NCBI GenBank assembly: GCA_044892505.1
Contig: CM097882.1
Coordinates: 407,278,001 to 407,342,000, forward strand
DNA: 64,000 bases
Direction of reading: 5' to 3'
Origin: Schmidtea nova
Lineage: Eukaryota
Shown: positions 62,079 through 64,000 of the stretch, piece after piece
Layout of the letters: each line of letters starts with the position of its first letter
How positions within the stretch are numbered: the first letter of the stretch is position 1
Made by a program: the position numbers and the translations under genes
The notes under the pieces: model-generated
Database searches by the model: none
What the model was told of the DNA's origin: nothing
Seen by the model: the letters and a program-made list of their open reading frames with translations, nothing else

Positions 62079-62250
62079 TTTCAAACCTTCAAGATGTCAA
62101 AATAAAATAATTAAACTACCACAACGTAATATAGTTTAATTTTCCTACCCATTTTGACGCTGCAATTCATGTGCAATATTAACAAAGACATTGCAAAACA
62201 GATGCAAGTTAACAAAGACATTGCAGTTGCAAGCCAAGTTAACAAAGACA
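59990..62250. repeat. AACAAAGACATT satellite-like array (about 28-30 bp units), with N runs
   Basis: Dozens of (ctaa/cata)ACAAAGACATTTCAATGCCAAA units. Confidence 0.9.
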
Positions 62251-62350
62251 AGATGTCAAAAAAGAAAAGACTAATTATTAATCACAAATGCATTCTCTTA
62301 GCCAATGATAAAAATAAATTAAATGAAAATACATATATTTTTGTACGACA

Positions 62351-62949
62351 TTATATATATATCACATGATATTCATCAATATTAATACCACAAGACTCAC
62401 ACTTATCAATATTTTTTAAACATTTTGAACAAATAATGACATGTCCACAAGGTAAATATAAAATGCCAACTCTATTTATATTACTTATTGAACATGTGAG
62501 AAATCTTTGTTTGGTTTCTTCCAATTTCTTGGTTACATTTACCTCTAAAATATCTACATTCATCATGAAAGTTCGAATAATAGTACGATATTTTCCAAGT
62601 CGAAATTCCATGCATGACCAGAAAATGGTATTCAAATTGAATTCAGTAGAATCGATATCATTAAGAATCATAAAAAAACTGGATAATTTCATCATGGATT
62701 TATCATATCCGAATGATTCTGTTAAACCAATAATTAATTTATTATTGAAGGATTTGAATAATTTTGAAAGAATGTCGATATCGCATTTCTCAATCGAAGT
62801 TAAAAGGTCATCAAGTATTAAAAATGATTGGATCCAATTGTCCAAAGTAATGAAATTATCTGTAACCTATTTTAAAATAATTAATTTAAATATATATTTT
62901 TAAAACTAACTTTATTTGTTTCTTTATTTGTTTCTTTATTCATTTTCAT
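62351..62949 (-). CDS. C-terminal RING-finger protein (IAP/MDM2-type RING, no BIR), two exons (intron 62867-62910)
   Basis: ATG 62949; a 44-nt GT-AG intron keeps the frame. C-terminus CSIS...ILYLPCGHVIICSKC...DKCESC...IYI*. TATA at about 62975. Confidence 0.78.
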
Positions 62950-63229
62950 CAATCAATACTATTTAAAAGTTGTATTTATATTGCAAAAATCAACCAATTT
63001 AATAACCAACCATTTTATTGACCAACCAATGATTGAAAGTTTTTGCTAAACTGTTACATTAAAATGATGATAAGGGACATTGAAAATTAGGTAACAATAT
63101 ATTCATTATTAGAAATATGTTCAAGTAATGAGCTTTTGCACATAAAAACCATCACAGAATAGGTTCTGCTACTAGGGTTCTGCTCGCAATGTTCTGCTCG
63201 CAATGTTCTGCTACTAAATGTTCGGTCAC

Positions 63230-64000
63230 TATGACAAATACATGAAAAATTATCATACTATTGAGATAATCACACAAATAATTCTTAAATTATAGTACAA
63301 ATATATCAAAAATATATGAAATATACATTACATACTTGAAATATTATCACAAAGTATCATTACATACATGAAATATCTACATACTTGCTCAATTACACAG
63401 AAAATCATCAAAGTTACACACAAAATATGAAAAGTATATAGAAATTCGTCACATACAAAAACATCGTATATATGAAATATTATCAAAAATACATAGAAAT
63501 TTATCACACACGTACAAAATATCACCATACTATAGTGTATAACTATACATACAAAATATCAGAAATACATAAAATTTCATCTTACTATAGTTTGATAACA
63601 TAGAAATACATGAAATATCCTCAAAATACAGAAACTTTCACAGATATATAGATTCATCATACAAAATATCATATATATATATATATATATATAAGAAATA
63701 TCATTACAGATTATGACATGCATGAAATATTGTTATTATAGTGCAAATTACATAGAAAATAGCAAAGATACATGAAATATCATCACAAAATACACACAAA
63801 ATTATAGGAAATTTTTACACACTAGAAATAATAATAATAATAATCATAAAAAGAATATTATCATGCCAGTACAAAATTATACAGAATATTATCACATTGA
63901 ACAAAAGCTTATCATATATATGAAATATTATTAAACTTTTATGTAAACTACAAAGAAAAATACAAACATATACACAAAATATTATCACATTATAGTGTCT
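63230..64000. repeat. Degenerate AT-rich repeat (gaaatatcat/atcaca-like units)
   Basis: Recurring catgaaatat and attatcaca units. Confidence 0.55.

Larger units (their letters stand above)
58542..64000 (+). mobile_element. Polinton copy C, left end, nested in the capsid gene of copy B and running out of the window
   Basis: Starts AGTAGGTAGATGTGTGGAG. Shares the terminal layout of copy B (C/G palindrome, E2F array, AACAAAGACA repeats). Terminal block duplicated at about 59071-59560. Confidence 0.88.

Noticed and set aside
10550-62903. Antisense ORFs over real genes (e.g. 10550-10963, 34324-34686, 39392-39835, 47179-47454, 57179-57544, 62436-62903)
   Set aside because: Shadow frames of coding sequence on the opposite strand, with no independent features.

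Overview
AT-rich animal genomic DNA with several N runs. It is almost entirely nested mobile elements, and I recognised no intact host gene. The 41-51 nt GT-AG introns and the element content would fit a planarian-like invertebrate, but that is inference. The left half (1-33 kb) holds decayed elements: two hAT MITEs, a DD39D mariner fragment, BEL/Pao gag-pro, an intronless eEF2 pseudogene, a TIR-bounded pogo element, two Gypsy pol fragments, a Helitron helicase fragment, a tandem pair of minimal hammerhead ribozymes and several Polinton remnants. The right half holds three related Polinton/Maverick elements whose termini read AGTAGGTAGA. Copy A (33566-43927) is decayed. Copy B (50129-58541) has open genes including a TBP homologue and an integrase split by an intron. 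Copy C (from 58542) is inserted into the capsid gene of B. Between A and B lies the most unusual feature: a 6.2-kb piece of a Ty3/Gypsy element whose reconstructed polyprotein reads Bcl-2-like domain, signal peptide, chuvirus-type glycoprotein, PTAP linker, protease, RT, RNase H, integrase. Its envelope gene is therefore upstream of, and in frame with, pol. The Polinton termini carry arrays of AP-1, E2F and Sox/Fox-type motifs. All protein assignments are by motif recognition; no searches were run.
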